NCBI GenBank assembly: GCA_003693705.1 | Contig: RBZT01000398.1 | Coordinates: 1-54,592 of the forward strand | Length of the DNA: 54,592 nt | Source: Polymyxa betae A26-41 | Taxonomy: Eukaryota; Protista; Endomyxa: Phytomyxea | Direction of reading: 5' to 3' | Shown here: positions 23,308 to 36,480 of the stretch, piece after piece | Layout: each line of letters begins with the position of its first letter | How positions within the stretch are numbered: position 1 is the first letter of the stretch | The notes under the pieces: generated by a model | The model's database searches: none | Seen by the model: the letters and a program-made list of their open reading frames with translations, nothing else | Told to the model about the DNA's origin: nothing | Position numbers and translations under genes: made by a program

Positions 23308-24430
23308 TTTTGAAATCGGGCAATTGAGAAAATAATAGTGAATACTTCAACTTTCCCCTTCATCGCGGCCATCGACACCAGCAAACGCTGTATCTATAGC
23401 AAGAGTAAATCAAGAGCAAACTTTCTAAGCATGAACCAAGCTAACTACCACAAGATTAAATGACCGGTAGGGCCAACATAGAGAGAGCGGTTTCATAGGA
23501 ATTCGTCAGAAAAATCACAAAACCACATGCAGTCCATGTTTCACAAAATAAAACAACATAATAAACATTTTAAGTGATTAACCTTTGTAACAAAGCGATA
23601 CAATTTTGAAATCGGGCATAGCCGCCCCCGAATGGATGAAAATGAGAACATAATTGTGAATACTTCAACTTTCTTCGTCATCGCGGCCACCGACACCAGC
23701 AAACGCTGTACCAATCGCAAGATTAAGTCCGTAGCAAACTTTCTAAGCATGAACCAATCTAGCTAACTCAAGATTCAAATTATAATCAATCACCGGTAGT
23801 GCCATTATAGAGACAGGGGGTTCAAAGCATAACTTCTGAAAGATCCAAAACCACATGCAGTCCCTATTTAACAGAAGACGACAGCTTATAAACATTATAT
23901 TTTATAACATAATAAAATTGAGATAAAGCGATGAAATTTTGGAATTGGGCATAACCGCCCCCGAACAGATGAAAACTGAAAAGATAATTGTGAATACGTC
24001 AACCTTCTTCGTCATCGCTGCCACCGACGACAACAAAGGTTATACCCATAGCAAGAGTCAGTCAAAAGGAACATTGTGAAGCATGAACCAAACCAGCAAA
24101 TAAAATTTCAAACCAGAAGCAATGACCAGTAGGGCCATTTTTATGACAGAGTGCTAAATTTCAGAGCTTCAGAGAAAACGAACCCATCTATAGATCATCG
24201 TGCATAATAGGTATCATAGTAAAAGCATTCAAAGAAAGCGATGGGAAATTTTGGAATTGGGCATAGCCGCCCCCGAACAGATGCAAAATGAGTAGAAAAT
24301 AGTGAAAATTACAACCTTTGCGATCGCTACCGCCGACCCCAGTAACAAATTTACCTATAGAAAGAGTGATTTACGAGCGAACCTTTCAAGAAAGAATCAG
24401 ACCAGTTAATGACCTTTAAATAGGAGCGAT
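23308..24430. repeat. Diverged tandem array, 4 units of ~300-330 bp
   Basis: Units start ~23308, 23604, 23937, 24249 with TTTTG(A/G)AAT(C/T)GGGCA..CCGCCCCCGAA..GTGAATAC..CATCGC..CCGAC..GCATGAACCAA. Confidence 0.9.
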
Positions 24431-25129
24431 GCGTCTGCGACTTCAATCTCTGCTAGCAGAAACCAAAACCGGTATTGCTGCATATGAAAAGCCTGCTAGC
24501 TAACTTTGAATAACTTCGACATGCATGTGGTCACAGAAGAACCGGCCCGCTCTCGCAGCTGCAGCAGTACAGAACTTGATTACAGCGGTTGTAGCATAAA
24601 TTTCGAGATCATTATCGAATGAGCACCTAAGAAGCATCTTATTCAAATACAGTTTCGCTTTACAACAGTAATATATTTACATTTTCTGGTTATGGGATAT
24701 TGTGATTCACAAACGCATGAAAAAGCAACTGGTTTCTTCACAGAAAGCAGAATTTAGCAGAGCCCTAACAGCGTGGAATGCTACTTCGAAGCGCACTTCT
24801 GAAAAAACGCAGATTTTTTGCAGACACGTCATTATAATGCAGATATACGCATTGATTCACAAAACTCTGCTGATAAATGCGGGAAAAAGCAGAACTGCGC
24901 GTTTCCGATGTTTCACCTGCATTCGATTGTGTGATATTTGAAGTTGACGATTGCTACAAAGATTTCTTTAGGTTGAAATGAGCGTCGTGATCACTGAGGA
25001 GCTAAATAAGCAAGAAACGGTCGATTACCGAGATGGTGTCGTCGTCGATGATTTGAAAGCAGCGGATATCGACAAAGACAATTATGAAGAGAAGCAGCTT
25101 GAAGACGTTGAAGACAACCCTTGTTAACA

Positions 25130-26900
25130 GACCGGCCCACACAATGTCAGTACCTGCGATGTGACGAATTCGGTACTTGTCAGGAAGCAGCTTTGTCGCC
25201 CATCGCTCCCGACGGTTGCAAACTTAACGAAGCTTCTCATTCGCCCAAGCGGACGGATTCATAATGCAGACGAGATTGCGATGGTCGGCGAAGATTGCGA
25301 GCCCCTTCTCCCTCAACAGGAAGTGTCCCAGACGGCCTGTCGACTCGATGATGGGAAACGCGTCCTTCTCGATAGTCGACCAGTTCATTGACTGTCCTTT
25401 GAATGTGGCACTCAAAAAAAACCTGCGGCTCGTGACGTTGTTCGTAGGCGTCCTCCTTATCCACGTCAGCCTCTGGTATCTGAGTGAGCATCATGAACCA
25501 CTGCAGGTCACTAGTATTAGAGAATAAAAAGCGCATCTTCTTACTGTTAGGATGGGCTAGCTGAACCGTGTCAGCAACGAGGACTTTTGCTTTCCGAATC
25601 GTTTTGCGATCCCCTTTGTTCCATCCGGCTTGCTCTAACGAGATCTTATTCATAGCTTTCCGCGGACTCGACCCAGCAAGTTGAGCAGCTTGATTCTTCG
25701 CCTCCTGGAGTAGGTCAATGTGATTCGCGAAGTTGGTATTCGATTAACGAAGCCATCCATTGCGCAGACGAACTGCTGTACGTCGCGTCCAGTCTAATGC
25801 TCTTCCATCGTCGCCAGTGAGTCGACAAGCTTCGAATCGAACCGTATACCTGTTTCGGAAATGATGCTTCCACACCAATGAGCTTGACGATTAAACAAAT
25901 CACAGTGGAGAGCGTTCAACTTTATCCCGTAAAAGTCCAAACGTTTAAAGACTAATCTTACATTCTCCAAAAGTTCAGAAGCGCTCTTTGCAATAAATCA
26001 TCAACCCATAACAACACTGATTTGTAAAGGTGGTCACCCAATGACTCTTGCATTCCCGCCTGGAAGCAAGCGACAGCATCTGTAGCTCCTTGGAAGATTC
26101 CGGACAGAATATACACGCGTTCATCGGTCACGAGCGAGAATAGTTCTTGACAATCTTTCGCCAGCAAGAATTGCCAATAACCCTTAGACGCATCCAGAAT
26201 AGCGAAGAAACTGACTCCGACTAGACGTCCGAGCACTATCTCAAACCAGGGCATCGGCCACGATATCGCCTCCGCTTCTTCATTAATAGCTCGAGGTCAT
26301 TGGTTATAAGGTAGCCGCGTCAGGCTTCCGTACGACAAACACCGGTGATGTAAATCTCGACTGAATGTTCCTATAAATATAGGTCTTAGCCTCCAGTTAT
26401 TTCACGAAATCACCTAAGAAATCAGAATAAATAGGTGGGCACTGTGGAACTCATCTTGATTAGAGACAAATCTCAACAGCACATAGAATAGTTCTCGACT
26501 GTCTTTGCATGCCTTGCGATGCTTGTATTTCAAGGCTTCGCCATAACACGCATCGCTTCTGGCTTCACCGATTGCACTATTAGCTTCGCCTTCTGTTTGT
26601 GACCAGCTTCATGGTTAAAGATCTCAGATCAAACATGTCTCATAACGATGTCATTGAAATCCAAGGAATGCTTCATGAGAGTGGCATCCGTTGCCGGATC
26701 GATAAGTCATACTTCTGCTCGTCCCTGACGATTCTCTCACAGTAGTTCAGGACATCATTAGGCTTGAGCAAGCTTTGGCTTTGTAGATATCGCTCCAGAT
26801 GGCCGTCGGTCATCATCTTCCGGAACATCTCGGATCCTTAGCTCACAGATCACTTGAAGCAACCTCGGCTCGTTTGAAAGGAGCAGACTTATAAGATTAA
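25130..26900 (-). mobile_element. Ty3/gypsy remnant (gag, RT, RNase H; internally deleted)
   Basis: LDASKGYWQF; LLWVDDLL; NWSTIEKDAFPI..FADHRNL; gag-like KAKLIVQSVKPEAMR near 26540-26600. Confidence 0.85.
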
Positions 26901-26902
26901 TC

Positions 26903-28525
26903 TGTTGAAGCCAGAGCAAGTTTTGGAATTCGGATTAATTTGAATGAAGAGAGGCTAAGGTACCTAAATATCACTCGTGCAATGCACGGCCTTTATTTCA
27001 GCTTCAATAGTTATTGTTTATTTAGAGATCTGGTTATATGAGGTAACTGGAACAGGACTTACTTATGGGACCTCTTTCCAGACTCATCTTGGCCAGTAGG
27101 TCCTCGAACTTCAACTCGCCCCCTCTAGGAGCTGGCTGTAGGGTTGTTGATACCGCTCTGGTCCCGGCACCACGTGAGCTTCACTGCGTTCGTAGGTTTT
27201 GTGAGAAAATCTGCAATCATCTCAGCGGGTACGTGATGCAATACAATTTCTGATGCTTTGATCATTTCTTTTGTAGAGTGGAACTTAACATCGATATGTT
27301 TGGTGCGAGGGTCCGCTCTGGAATTCTTACTTAACAGTATGCAGCCTCTATTGTCAGCGTATATTGGTGTGGCCGAATCTTGTTTAAACCCCAAATCAAC
27401 CAGCACTTTTCGAAGCCATACAGATTCCCTGGTTGCGCACATAGTGCAATATATTCTGCTTCGACATATGATAAGGCTCCTGTGCTTTGGAGCTTTGACT
27501 TCCATGAAACTGGACCTCCAGCATACATAAAAATATATCCTGATGCATATTTCCGACGATCTAGGTCCGCGGCCCAGTCTGAGTCCGTGAAACCATGCAG
27601 TGGGTCATCCGGCTGTTTGACATAGTTTAAGGTCATATGCCTTGTGCCAGAAAGGTATCGGAGGACCCTTTGCGCTGCATGCCAGTGTTGTTTGCCAGGA
27701 TTTGATATAAATCTGCACAGGGTGCCAGTAGCAGTGGCAATATCCGGTCTTGTGTTTCCGGCTAACCAATTCAGGCTGCCAACTAGCTCCCCATAGGGAG
27801 TTTGTTTCATTTCCGATTTCTCTGCATCTGTTTGAGGAGCCATTGACATTGATAATTGGTATCCTGGTTGCATCGGAGTTGTGACGGGATTGCATTCACG
27901 CATATTGAATTTGTCAAGAAGCTGCTCGATATATTCTGTCTGATCCAACATGATGGCCCCGTTAGATGCGTAACGTAGACTCATACTTAATAATCAATTT
28001 GGGATACCTAGATCGGTTAAATTCCATTTTGAAGATAATTTGTCCACGACATTATTACATAAGTTCAAATCGCTGTGAACAATGAGCAGATCATCGACAT
28101 GTGTGGCAATCATGATGAGCTGGGATGAGTCTCTATACAAGTAGATGCAGGGGTCTGCTGCTCCTTGTGAAGTTCACGTGTGATGTAAGGAACTTGTCTA
28201 GTTCAGTGTTCCAAACCATTTCTGCCTGTGTAAGCCCGTAAAGTGATTTCTTGAGCTTACAGACTTTATGCTCCAACCCAGGTAATATGAAGGCCTCTGG
28301 TTGAGACATGTATATGGACTGTTCACGGGCGCCGTTTAAGAATGCCCCAACAACATCTACTTGGCGCATCTGCAAACCATGCTGTAATGCGAGAGCGATA
28401 AGAAGGCGTATAGATTGCTGATGTGCCACAGGAGCGAAGGTCTCATCGTAATCAAGACCATATCGTTGCGAGAAAACATCCTGAAACTTAGGAACTTTAC
28501 AAAGAAACTTCCATACTTCTAGCAT
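26903..28525 (-). mobile_element. Ty1/copia 3' half: RT, RNase H, PPT and 3' LTR (26903-27116)
   Basis: DYDETFAPV, QVDVVGAFLNG, LKKSLYGL, HVDDLL, TRPDIA, GFTDSDWA, RTKHIDVKFH, ADFLTK; purine tract AGAGGGGGCG at 27117-27126; LTR TGTTGAAG...CTTCAAC(T). Confidence 0.92.
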
Positions 28526-28527
28526 TG

Positions 28528-29066
28528 TTAAATTTCAGTTTTTTCGACATCTAAATACATCTGATTCGGAGTGGCAGTGATATTGGTATAGTGACCGATC
28601 AATGTGGAAACTTGTGGTTGAATCACTTTTCTCCATTGATTTTGGCAATCGATTTCGGTGCGCTCAGATCCTTCACCGATGACTGTCTTAAACTGAGCAA
28701 AAAATGACCTACGATATTGCTTCGCACTCTGGGACACATCTTTGCTCGAATCGTGGCTAGCGAACACCACTGATCTAGCCATAAAACGTTTTCAGCTGAC
28801 GTCCAGACCTTGCCCTTCAACATTTTCGATGTAGATCAGAGTGAGCTCTTCTCGTCGTGCAGCACGTTCCTGTCGAAGAAACAACGTCGGAACTGGGTGT
28901 CTCGAAGTTTGGCTATCAAGCCAAACTGAGGATTTTGGTTAAGGAATCCAAGAAATGGTGCCGTTGGACGTTGGCTCACCATTGGTGGGGTATTGTTTGC
29001 CAAAAAAGCCCTTGACATTGGCTTTGGTTGCGCATTGGAGATGCTCGAAGGGTGCATGGCAAACAA
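28528..29066 (-). pseudogene. Myb/SANT-like Harbinger partner fragment (NAM-associated / 'GST-T3-like' type)
   Basis: VWTSAENV(shift)MARSVVFASHD..SQSAKQYRRSF..RTEIDCQNQWRKVIQPQVSTLIGHY. Confidence 0.6.
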
Positions 29067-29139
29067 AGTTAGGACCTGATCAGCCTGCTAACGTTCGCTT
29101 CGTTATGCAACTGATGCCAAATACAGCACGGTTTAAATG

Positions 29140-29370
29140 CAAGACGATTCAATACAAGCCGGAAGGCAGAACATTTGAAGAATTTTATTGAAAAACTGCT
29201 ACAGTACGGACTTATATATGAGCCCCCTAATACAAAATGGGCTTCTCCGGTTGTAGTAGTCAAGAATGCAGACGAGGAAAAGCGCATGTGAGTCGATTTA
29301 CGCGCAGTTATCGCCGTCAGTGAAAGTACGGCATGGCCTATGCTAAACAAAATTGTATATTTGGTCTGGA
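29140..29370 (+). pseudogene. Gypsy RT N-terminal fragment
   Basis: EKLLQYGLIYE.PNTKWASPVVVVK..VDLRAV..ESTAWPM. Confidence 0.85.
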
Positions 29371-29374
29371 CCTG

Positions 29375-30700
29375 TATTGGTCCGACCTGTCGTCATATAC
29401 GAACAGATACGCGCACCAACTCCAAGCATTTTCTTGTTTTGCTGTTTTACAAGCGTTGAATTTCTTCTGTGATTGCTCTGAGAAGCGTTTTTCCAACATA
29501 TTTTCAGCAGTCGAGGAAAGTCGTGGTGCTGTTTTTAGAACCAGCCTTGATTGACTTTTTCTCTTTTATGGTCACCGGTTTGCTATCATTCGAATCTTTG
29601 ACAGGTCGAGTGAGCATATCGGCCCATACTTTGAGATGACCGGGAATGTATTCGATGGCGTAGTTTAAACTGCTTAAAAGCAAACTCCATCGGTGCAGCT
29701 TGTCAATAAAATGTCTTTTCAACGGAACTGAAGAAGATTCGGGATTCAAAATAAACTTTAAATTTCGATGATCAGTAACAATTCGAAAAGGACGGTCAAA
29801 AAGGAGATGGTAATCGAAACGATCAACAGCTTTCTATATGCTTATCATCCTCCAGCTCAATTTTATGAAATTTCAACTCAGACTCAATAGCAAATCGAAA
29901 ACGAGCCGGGCGTAATGACGCAAGCAAAAAATTAATATAAGTTTTGGAACCACGATGCGACGTAAACATATCTTCCAACTGATAATCTTCATCGGCTTAT
30001 TCATTCTCGAAATTAAATCAGTAATACGCGCCTGAGGCCGTAAATTGACATTCATTTTCACTTCCGATGCCATAATATACTCAAATTGCATGGCTATGGA
30101 ATCGATCAGCTTTTAACTGATTATCCAGAAACGCCAACAAGGTTTCGTCTGATATATCTTTTTTCTGCTCATTTGTCAAATGAAAATCTTCAATAGTAGA
30201 CCACAAATGAGGATCAATCATTGACTTCAAAGATCGAGGTTTAACAGCTGCCGCCATTCCCTGATCCTGAGCATCCTTGAAACTGTCCTTATAGCGAGTA
30301 ATCTTACGATTAAATGAAACAATTTTTCGAGGATTTAGTCTTCAAAGTCGGTGACCACTCAACTTAAAAAAAAAACAGTAAATTTCGTCTCCTCTACCTC
30401 CATGCTATCAGAGCGAACCCGATCAATCTTCGCAAGATCATCAAGGGTTTGCATCTAAACAGCTCCAGGACATTTAACGTAGTGCTTGTCCATGTAGGAT
30501 GTCAAACTACAAAGATCTTTGTGTAAGCTCCAACCTTTAATAGAAGAAATAAAACTCTGCTTTATATTCATCTCTTAAAGTCTTTAATATTCATCTCGGA
30601 GACTGAAGTTCATCGACCAAATAGTTCATGTTGTCGAGTCGCGCTACGCCAGTCCACACAATAAGGTAGGCTGCATACAGCGAATGTGCGCAGTCGCTCA
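29375..30700 (-). mobile_element. Internally deleted gypsy element (LTR part, gag, RH and IN pieces)
   Basis: Probable LTR end TTTGACA at 30500, gag ATG at 30493; gag similar to 14636 ORF (IMASEVKMNVNLRPQARITDL); IVTDHRNL..KLHRW..IEYIPG..VWADMLTR. Confidence 0.75.
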
Positions 30701-31199
30701 GATTATTTCTGCGTGCACACCTGTTAATGATATCCGATTAGATCTGATATCCGATGTCATGACCAGTACACCGGCAATATCGGTTATCAGAATATCTACG
30801 GTACATGGTCTTCAAATTCCTCACAATGGTTATGTCCCTTCATCCGGTACATGTTGCTCCTGGTGTGCTCCTCCGCAATATGACCGTCCAGCGTACTCTG
30901 ATGCATATAGATTCTATCACAAAAACTGCGTGGAATGTTTGGTTGATCATCATCTCTTTGATGCTTTTGAGAAATGTGACGCTTGGAATAATACGAGTCG
31001 AGCAAACACTTTGTCGCAACTGCTGCATTGCATTGCCTCCATCCTATCTGTGTGAAATCAAATCTCGACCCAAAGACTTCTAACAGAACCACGAACGACT
31101 ATCCGAACAACTTAACATCTCAGTGAAACAAGATGACGAGTTTTTATATAAAGTTGCGACAACTGGAAGTAGGCGCGACCCCCGGAGCGCTTTGTTTAG

Positions 31200-31850
31200 T
31201 CACATATGATTCGTGACAATCGCGATTCTGTGACTGTAGGGACGCCGACCATCGCAGTCTCCTGGTCAAGCAGCATCACAGCTGCACAGGCTGTACGTGT
31301 CAATGCCTGGAACAATTTGGATAAGGTATCAGGTAGAATGTGCAAGATCATGGCGTGTGCACGATTATAAAGTCGTGATTGGGGATTGGGTTGATCCAGT
31401 CCGCCACAGGGGAGACACGTCAACACGGAAGAGACGTCCCTCTGAGTCAACAGAAATGAGAGTGCTGTGTGAGCCGAAAAAGTTTGAAATAACGCACCCT
31501 TAAATATTTTGGATCCGTTTGAAAGCAAAAATTATCGCTAGCACTTCCTCCTTGGGTGCTGAGTAGTTTCTCTCTGACGTGTGCAGCGCCCGTGCGGCGA
31601 ACATGTTATTGAATCGATTGTTCGTAACGGCATTCTTTGAATCATTTCGTAATTGATACAGCGCCGCGTCAATCCCGGTGTCTGAGACATCGGATGCGAT
31701 GCGAAAAAACCATAAAAATCTTGGAAATTTAACAAACATTCAAGCTTGCAACACGTTTTTCAAGGTTATTAAAACTTGACAACGATCCGGTGCTCAAGAA
31801 TATTCATCCAGGCTTGGAAGTTTACGTAGGGATATTAAAGGAGCGTCCAA
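31200..31850 (-). pseudogene. Gypsy RNase H fragment
   Basis: ASDVSDTGIDAALYQ..FAARALHTSERNYSAPKEEVLAIIFAFKR..AHTALSFLLTQ..ILPDTLSKL. Confidence 0.8.
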
Positions 31851-32126
31851 CGAAGAATAAAAAGGTAGAAAGTCTCAGAAGTAATTGATCAACCAAGATG
31901 CTCACTCGATATCGCAAGTTCTGAATCCGTATTCATTCAGAACATGCTGGGCTCGGGGCTCCAGAGCACACCGGAGAGATTATTTGAAAAGTTTTGAAAT
32001 TCTTCAGTCCGAGTCCGGGAGTGACCAGTCGTTGATCGATATTATCAATAACGCCGTGAATGTTTTGCAGGCTTCCACGAACGCGAAAACATTCGTCCCG
32101 CTGTGGGGCGATCTGCTCTTTGCTTG

Positions 32127-32458
32127 TGTTGGGTTTCTCGCTCTGGGAAGCGGCTACGATTCAGGACGATATGAGCTAAACACAATCGATAACAGAAATG
32201 AATGTATTATATAAGAAAGTCAACGTTTTATAGATGCCCCAATTAAGGCCTGCTTCATATACTTAGAAACTCCGTGGCGGGGTTTACATGTACAGTGGCT
32301 GCTGCCCAGCCGGACCAGTACTGCCAGTGGCCAGGAAGTGAATGTCGGAATTTTCCATCTGCACTCGAGGGCTTGATGTCCCCTGACTGTCGGTTAATGT
32401 AGTGACACTAGTCGAGCGGCAGCCAATATCGTAAACGAGATTGGCTTCCTGTTCAACA
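32127..32458 (-). mobile_element. Solo LTR (332 bp) with perfect 5-bp TSD
   Basis: GCTTG|TGTTG...CAACA|GCTTG; homologous to 19518-19848. Confidence 0.95.
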
Positions 32459-32679
32459 GCTTGGCTCAAAAGTTGCGCTCTCAATCATAGCTAGTTTGAT
32501 TGTTTGTATTGGTATAAACCCATCACATTTGAGGGCTCGTTTGGATGTCACGGAATCTTTTTGGCGGAATGTGGGGAATTCCCATGGTCAGAGGTTTTGC
32601 TACCGGACGGGAAATTTCCGGCGCTCAGTTCCGTTCCCGCAGATGTCATGTTTCGATGACCACATGTGAGAATTTTCAA

Positions 32680-34440
32680 ATGGATAAAGATGATGCTCTC
32701 CGGCTATTGCTGCTCCACCGGCAGCGTCGAAATGAACGGGTGGCCCATGCTAGCAAGCATTTCCAGCTGGTATACGTCTACCTTCCTTCTGAAGAGGCCA
32801 AAATCTACATATGATATCCCTGGAGCTGCTTTTGCGAGCAGCATCTCATCAGGACGATCCGAGCTGTCAATAAAACAGTTCCGGATGAGTAGTGAAATTT
32901 TCCGAAAGCTTCTCGTCGAAGTACAAGTAGGTGGGCTCGAACCATCTAGAAACGTTGAATGCGAGGAAAAACTAGCTATATTTCTGTATTTCGCCGGACA
33001 AAAAAAGAATGCACAACAGTGGCTTGCAATGCCGGTTTCAGTATTCTTGGTTTAAACAATTAGCCGGTAATTATTTGTCTTTTACAGTTTTCATGATTTG
33101 GAGTCTCGAATTTATAAACTACCCCAGACCAAGCTTGCTTCTTGGTACAGTAGAATTCCTGATCAATATAGCCCAACTCCGTTAAAAATCAGACGCAATC
33201 CAAAATTGTTCTCATACTTTAAAAACTGCCGAATGGCGGTCGATGGCACGCATCTGCCCATTGTAGTGCCGATTGAGGAAGCCGGTCGTTTTCGGGGTCG
33301 TAAAGGCATCACTCAAAACGTTCTTGCGGCCTGCGATTTCGATCTAAATTTCACATACGTGCTTTCCGGATGGGAAGGAGGTGCAGCAGACGGGAGAGTA
33401 ATGGCTGATGCACTGCAAAGAGGTTACAACGTTCAGGAAGGTTGAAGATTGGAGCGAACATTGTAACAATCATCTGCTTTCAGCTAGGGCTCCGACCGGG
33501 TACTAACGGGTCGGGTACCTGCCTCTATCCGGTACCAGTGACCCGTCCATACAAAATCCTAAAAAAGGTTGCAAACAAACAAAAAATGATGGGATTCTTT
33601 TATTTTTTTCAGATAGCACTTTCCAAACATCTAAGAAGAGGATTCTAGTTTCAAAGAATGTTGCACAAGCCCAATCACGTCACGGCTGCAATTGAATTTT
33701 CGCTCGACAGCGAATGAAGAGCCCGGAATCAAATCAATCGACCAAATGTCTTTTGCCACAGCGCTGAGATTAGGAAACAGTTGAGCGTGTGCTTTTCAGT
33801 AACCTAACGGATCAACTGCAGGATCCTCACATCGTAAATCGGTGTACTTATCCACGCGCAGAAACAAAGTCCGTGCCTATCAAATTACCCGACGGGTATT
33901 CGGGTCGGGTACCACCCCCTATCCGGTACGGGTCGGGTACCACCCCCTATCCGGTACCCGACCCGACCAGTACCCGACCCGGTTTTTCAGGGTACTACCC
34001 GTACCCGGTCGGAGCCCTACTTTCAGCGACAGTGACATTGTGCGTAGAGAAATTCGATTTGGCAGATGCCGGATTTGCCTTGACGGCCTACTTGCTGACG
34101 CCTTATAGAGGAACTCGATATCACCTGAAAGAATGGCAGCAAGGTTCTGCCAAGTATCTCAATCGTTGCCATTTAACCTTAGTCTAATGAATCACGCCCT
34201 AGGCCACAAAATCCAAAAGAACTATTCAACCTCAGGCATGCGAATGTGCGGAATGTGATCGAGAAGGTCTTTGGGGTTCTTAAAAAACGATTTCCTGTGC
34301 TAACCAACCTAGCCCCATACAGTATTGAGTTTCAAAGGGTCCTGGTCATTACGTTATGCACCGTCCATAACTTCATAAGTTTGAATGGAGGAGCAAGCGA
34401 TAAAATCGAAAATGAAGCCGAGGAAGAGTTTAAAAAGGTA
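32680..34440 (+). pseudogene. Harbinger transposase
   Basis: FRMSSEIF..EEKLAIFLY; AVDGTHLP; QNVLAACDFD..GWEGGAADG; LADAGF..TPYRGTRYHL; ELFNLRH..RNVIEKVFGVLKKRF. Confidence 0.9.
33485..34019. mobile_element. Non-autonomous hAT MITE (535 bp)
   Basis: 19-bp perfect TIR TAGGGCTCCGACCGGGTAC; 8-bp TSD CTTTCAGC (33477-84 / 34020-27); CGGGT/ACCCG subterminal repeats. Confidence 0.95.
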
Positions 34441-34765
34441 CTGCCTGCAGGTCAGTGCGAGGAGCTTGTTGTGATCTCCAGCTCAATTAGCACGCTAATT
34501 CGATTTCCAGACGGTGCAGTAATGTTATAGTCTAAATAAACGAGTTTTTTCTATTGCTAAGCGCAATCCGAATATTTTCTGTTAGGAATGAAGCAGCAAT
34601 TTATTGAGTCATCTTCATGTCCCTGACTCTCCATCGAGCTGCATGCTCCGATCTTCCGATCAACCAGTCACCCAGCAGGATGTATTTTGCATTTTAACGT
34701 CTAGTCTACAACGCTCAGCTGACTTTGTAACGTCCAGTACTGCCTTCTCAACGAATCCAGACATC

Positions 34766-35888
34766 ATGAGCCAGAGCTCGACCCCAAAACAACAGAAACA
34801 AAAACAAAAAACACCACGCAGGCGAACCACAATAGCAGAATATTTGCGTATGGTGGAATTCGTGGAAATGGAGGAAAATTTCAAGATACTGACCGGAGGT
34901 GCTGCAAAATGAAAGCCGATGCAGGCGGGACAGAAGCTTACAAAGACTGATGGATTCAAGGCCCTAGCGGATTGGGTTAATAGGAAGCGGAAAGATGCAA
35001 AACGAATATGGACCGACAAGGAAGGCAAGAACAGATGGGAATCGTACATGAAAAGGTATAGGATTGCCAAAAATCTTATCAACGGACAGACAGGATTCGG
35101 TCTCACTGAAAAAGATGCAGACCAAGGAATCACGACCTTGGAAGAGAAAGAGGAGCAATTATGTCCATATTATCGACGTCTGGATGCTCTATTTGGGCAA
35201 AGACAGAATACCCAGCCTACCGTTATCACTGAGATGGGCGCAGCGGGTCTGCCGGCTGACATGGGCGCAGAGGGTCTGACGGCTGACTTCTTTCCATCTC
35301 CTCTATTAGCAGATTATCTAACACAAACAACTCAAGGAGACGATGCTGATGAAAATGGATCCTATGAATGCATCGATAGTGGAATCCTGCCGACATTTCC
35401 AGATGCGTTAAGATCAATGGCCACGCCTACCTCATCGACTCAACATGATCCCATGAATCGTTCAGCGCCAGCTGTTCGAGCTCGGACGAAGAATCAGAGA
35501 GTGAAGAGGAACACCATCAACAATCCCAGGGTAATCGCAAGGGACGATCAACACTCCACAGATCAGAGAGCGCAAGCATCAGGCTACACTTCCTGTGGAG
35601 ATGAGCAAGTTTCCCGGCAATACACCAGGCAGGGACGGGAGACGGCCCATTAAGAGAGTGGACATCACAAGCCTTGCTGAAGCAAACAAAATGGAGCAGC
35701 AAAAGCTTCAAATGAAGCTCGAATACAAAGAGAAGATGCTGAAACTAGAGCAAAAGAAGGCGCAGAGCAGTAGAGTCGGTTCTCAGCAGGCTGCCAAGGC
35801 GGCAATGGTCGCGGATCTGTTGAAAGCCAACATTCCTTGGTAACAGATTGCTGTTGCGGTCGATTTTGTATTCACTGACAAGAGTTAG
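34766..35888 (+). pseudogene. Myb-like Harbinger partner of the nested element
   Basis: EYLRMVEFVEMEENFKILTG..KTDGFKALADWVN..RWESYMKRY..TGFGLTEKDADQGITTLEEK.EQLCPYYRRLDALFGQRQN. Confidence 0.7.
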
Positions 35889-36480
35889 TTGCAGCCCCAA
35901 AATATAAAATTCCTGTTGTTGGATCTCTCGTTTGAAATTGGCATCAGATATGGCGATCTGGTGCCATCGCTGAACTTCATTATCGTACAACTCCATTTGG
36001 CTGCTATAACGTTCCTTGAATCTTTTGACTTTGTCGGCGTCATAGCGGCGGCTGTTAATTATATTATGAAGAACGCAGCAGGCGTTGATCCAGTCGCATA
36101 CAGACTTGACATCCCCTTCTTTGTTGATGAATAGTGGATGACCACGTAGAGACTGCCACCTTCCTTTGAGAATGCCATTACCGTGCTCTGAAACAGCACG
36201 TGCACGGGACTGTTTCTCATTGAACTGCTCGTTCTCTGGCAAAGCAGCTGCTGGCTGACGGTAAGGGACTAGCATCCGCTTTGTGCGAATCCCGAATCTC
36301 CAAGCTGATACTGGCCGTTGGAAAAGAAACGCAGTGGATCCTTGAAAACGGAACCTGGCTCCCACGCCTTTGTATCGTGGACAGAACCAGACCATCCGGC
36401 AATCACGTATCGGATTTGGCAATTATGATCAAACGTTAATATGACGTTCATCGAATACTGGCATTTTCTGCTCCAGTCAA
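35860..36480 (-). pseudogene. Second Harbinger transposase (C-terminal half)
   Basis: SMNVILTFDH..GWSGSVHD..QLGDSGF; FNEKQSRARAVSEHGNGILKGRWQSL..ACCVLHN. Confidence 0.85.

Noticed and set aside
23308-24430. CRISPR-like or rDNA array
   Set aside because: Units are ~300 bp diverged repeats with no short identical repeat/unique spacer structure, no cas genes and no recognisable rRNA/5S sequence
30720-31140. hAT 5' fragment
   Set aside because: ATATCGG-type repeats are suggestive but no convincing protein motif; left unassigned
19518-32458. RIP-like directed mutation
   Set aside because: By-eye comparison of the LTR copies shows mixed substitutions and retained CpG/CpA; cannot be supported without alignment statistics
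33789-34187. Pro/Gly/Tyr-rich ORF as a novel protein
   Set aside because: Translation of MITE subterminal repeats running into a transposase exon
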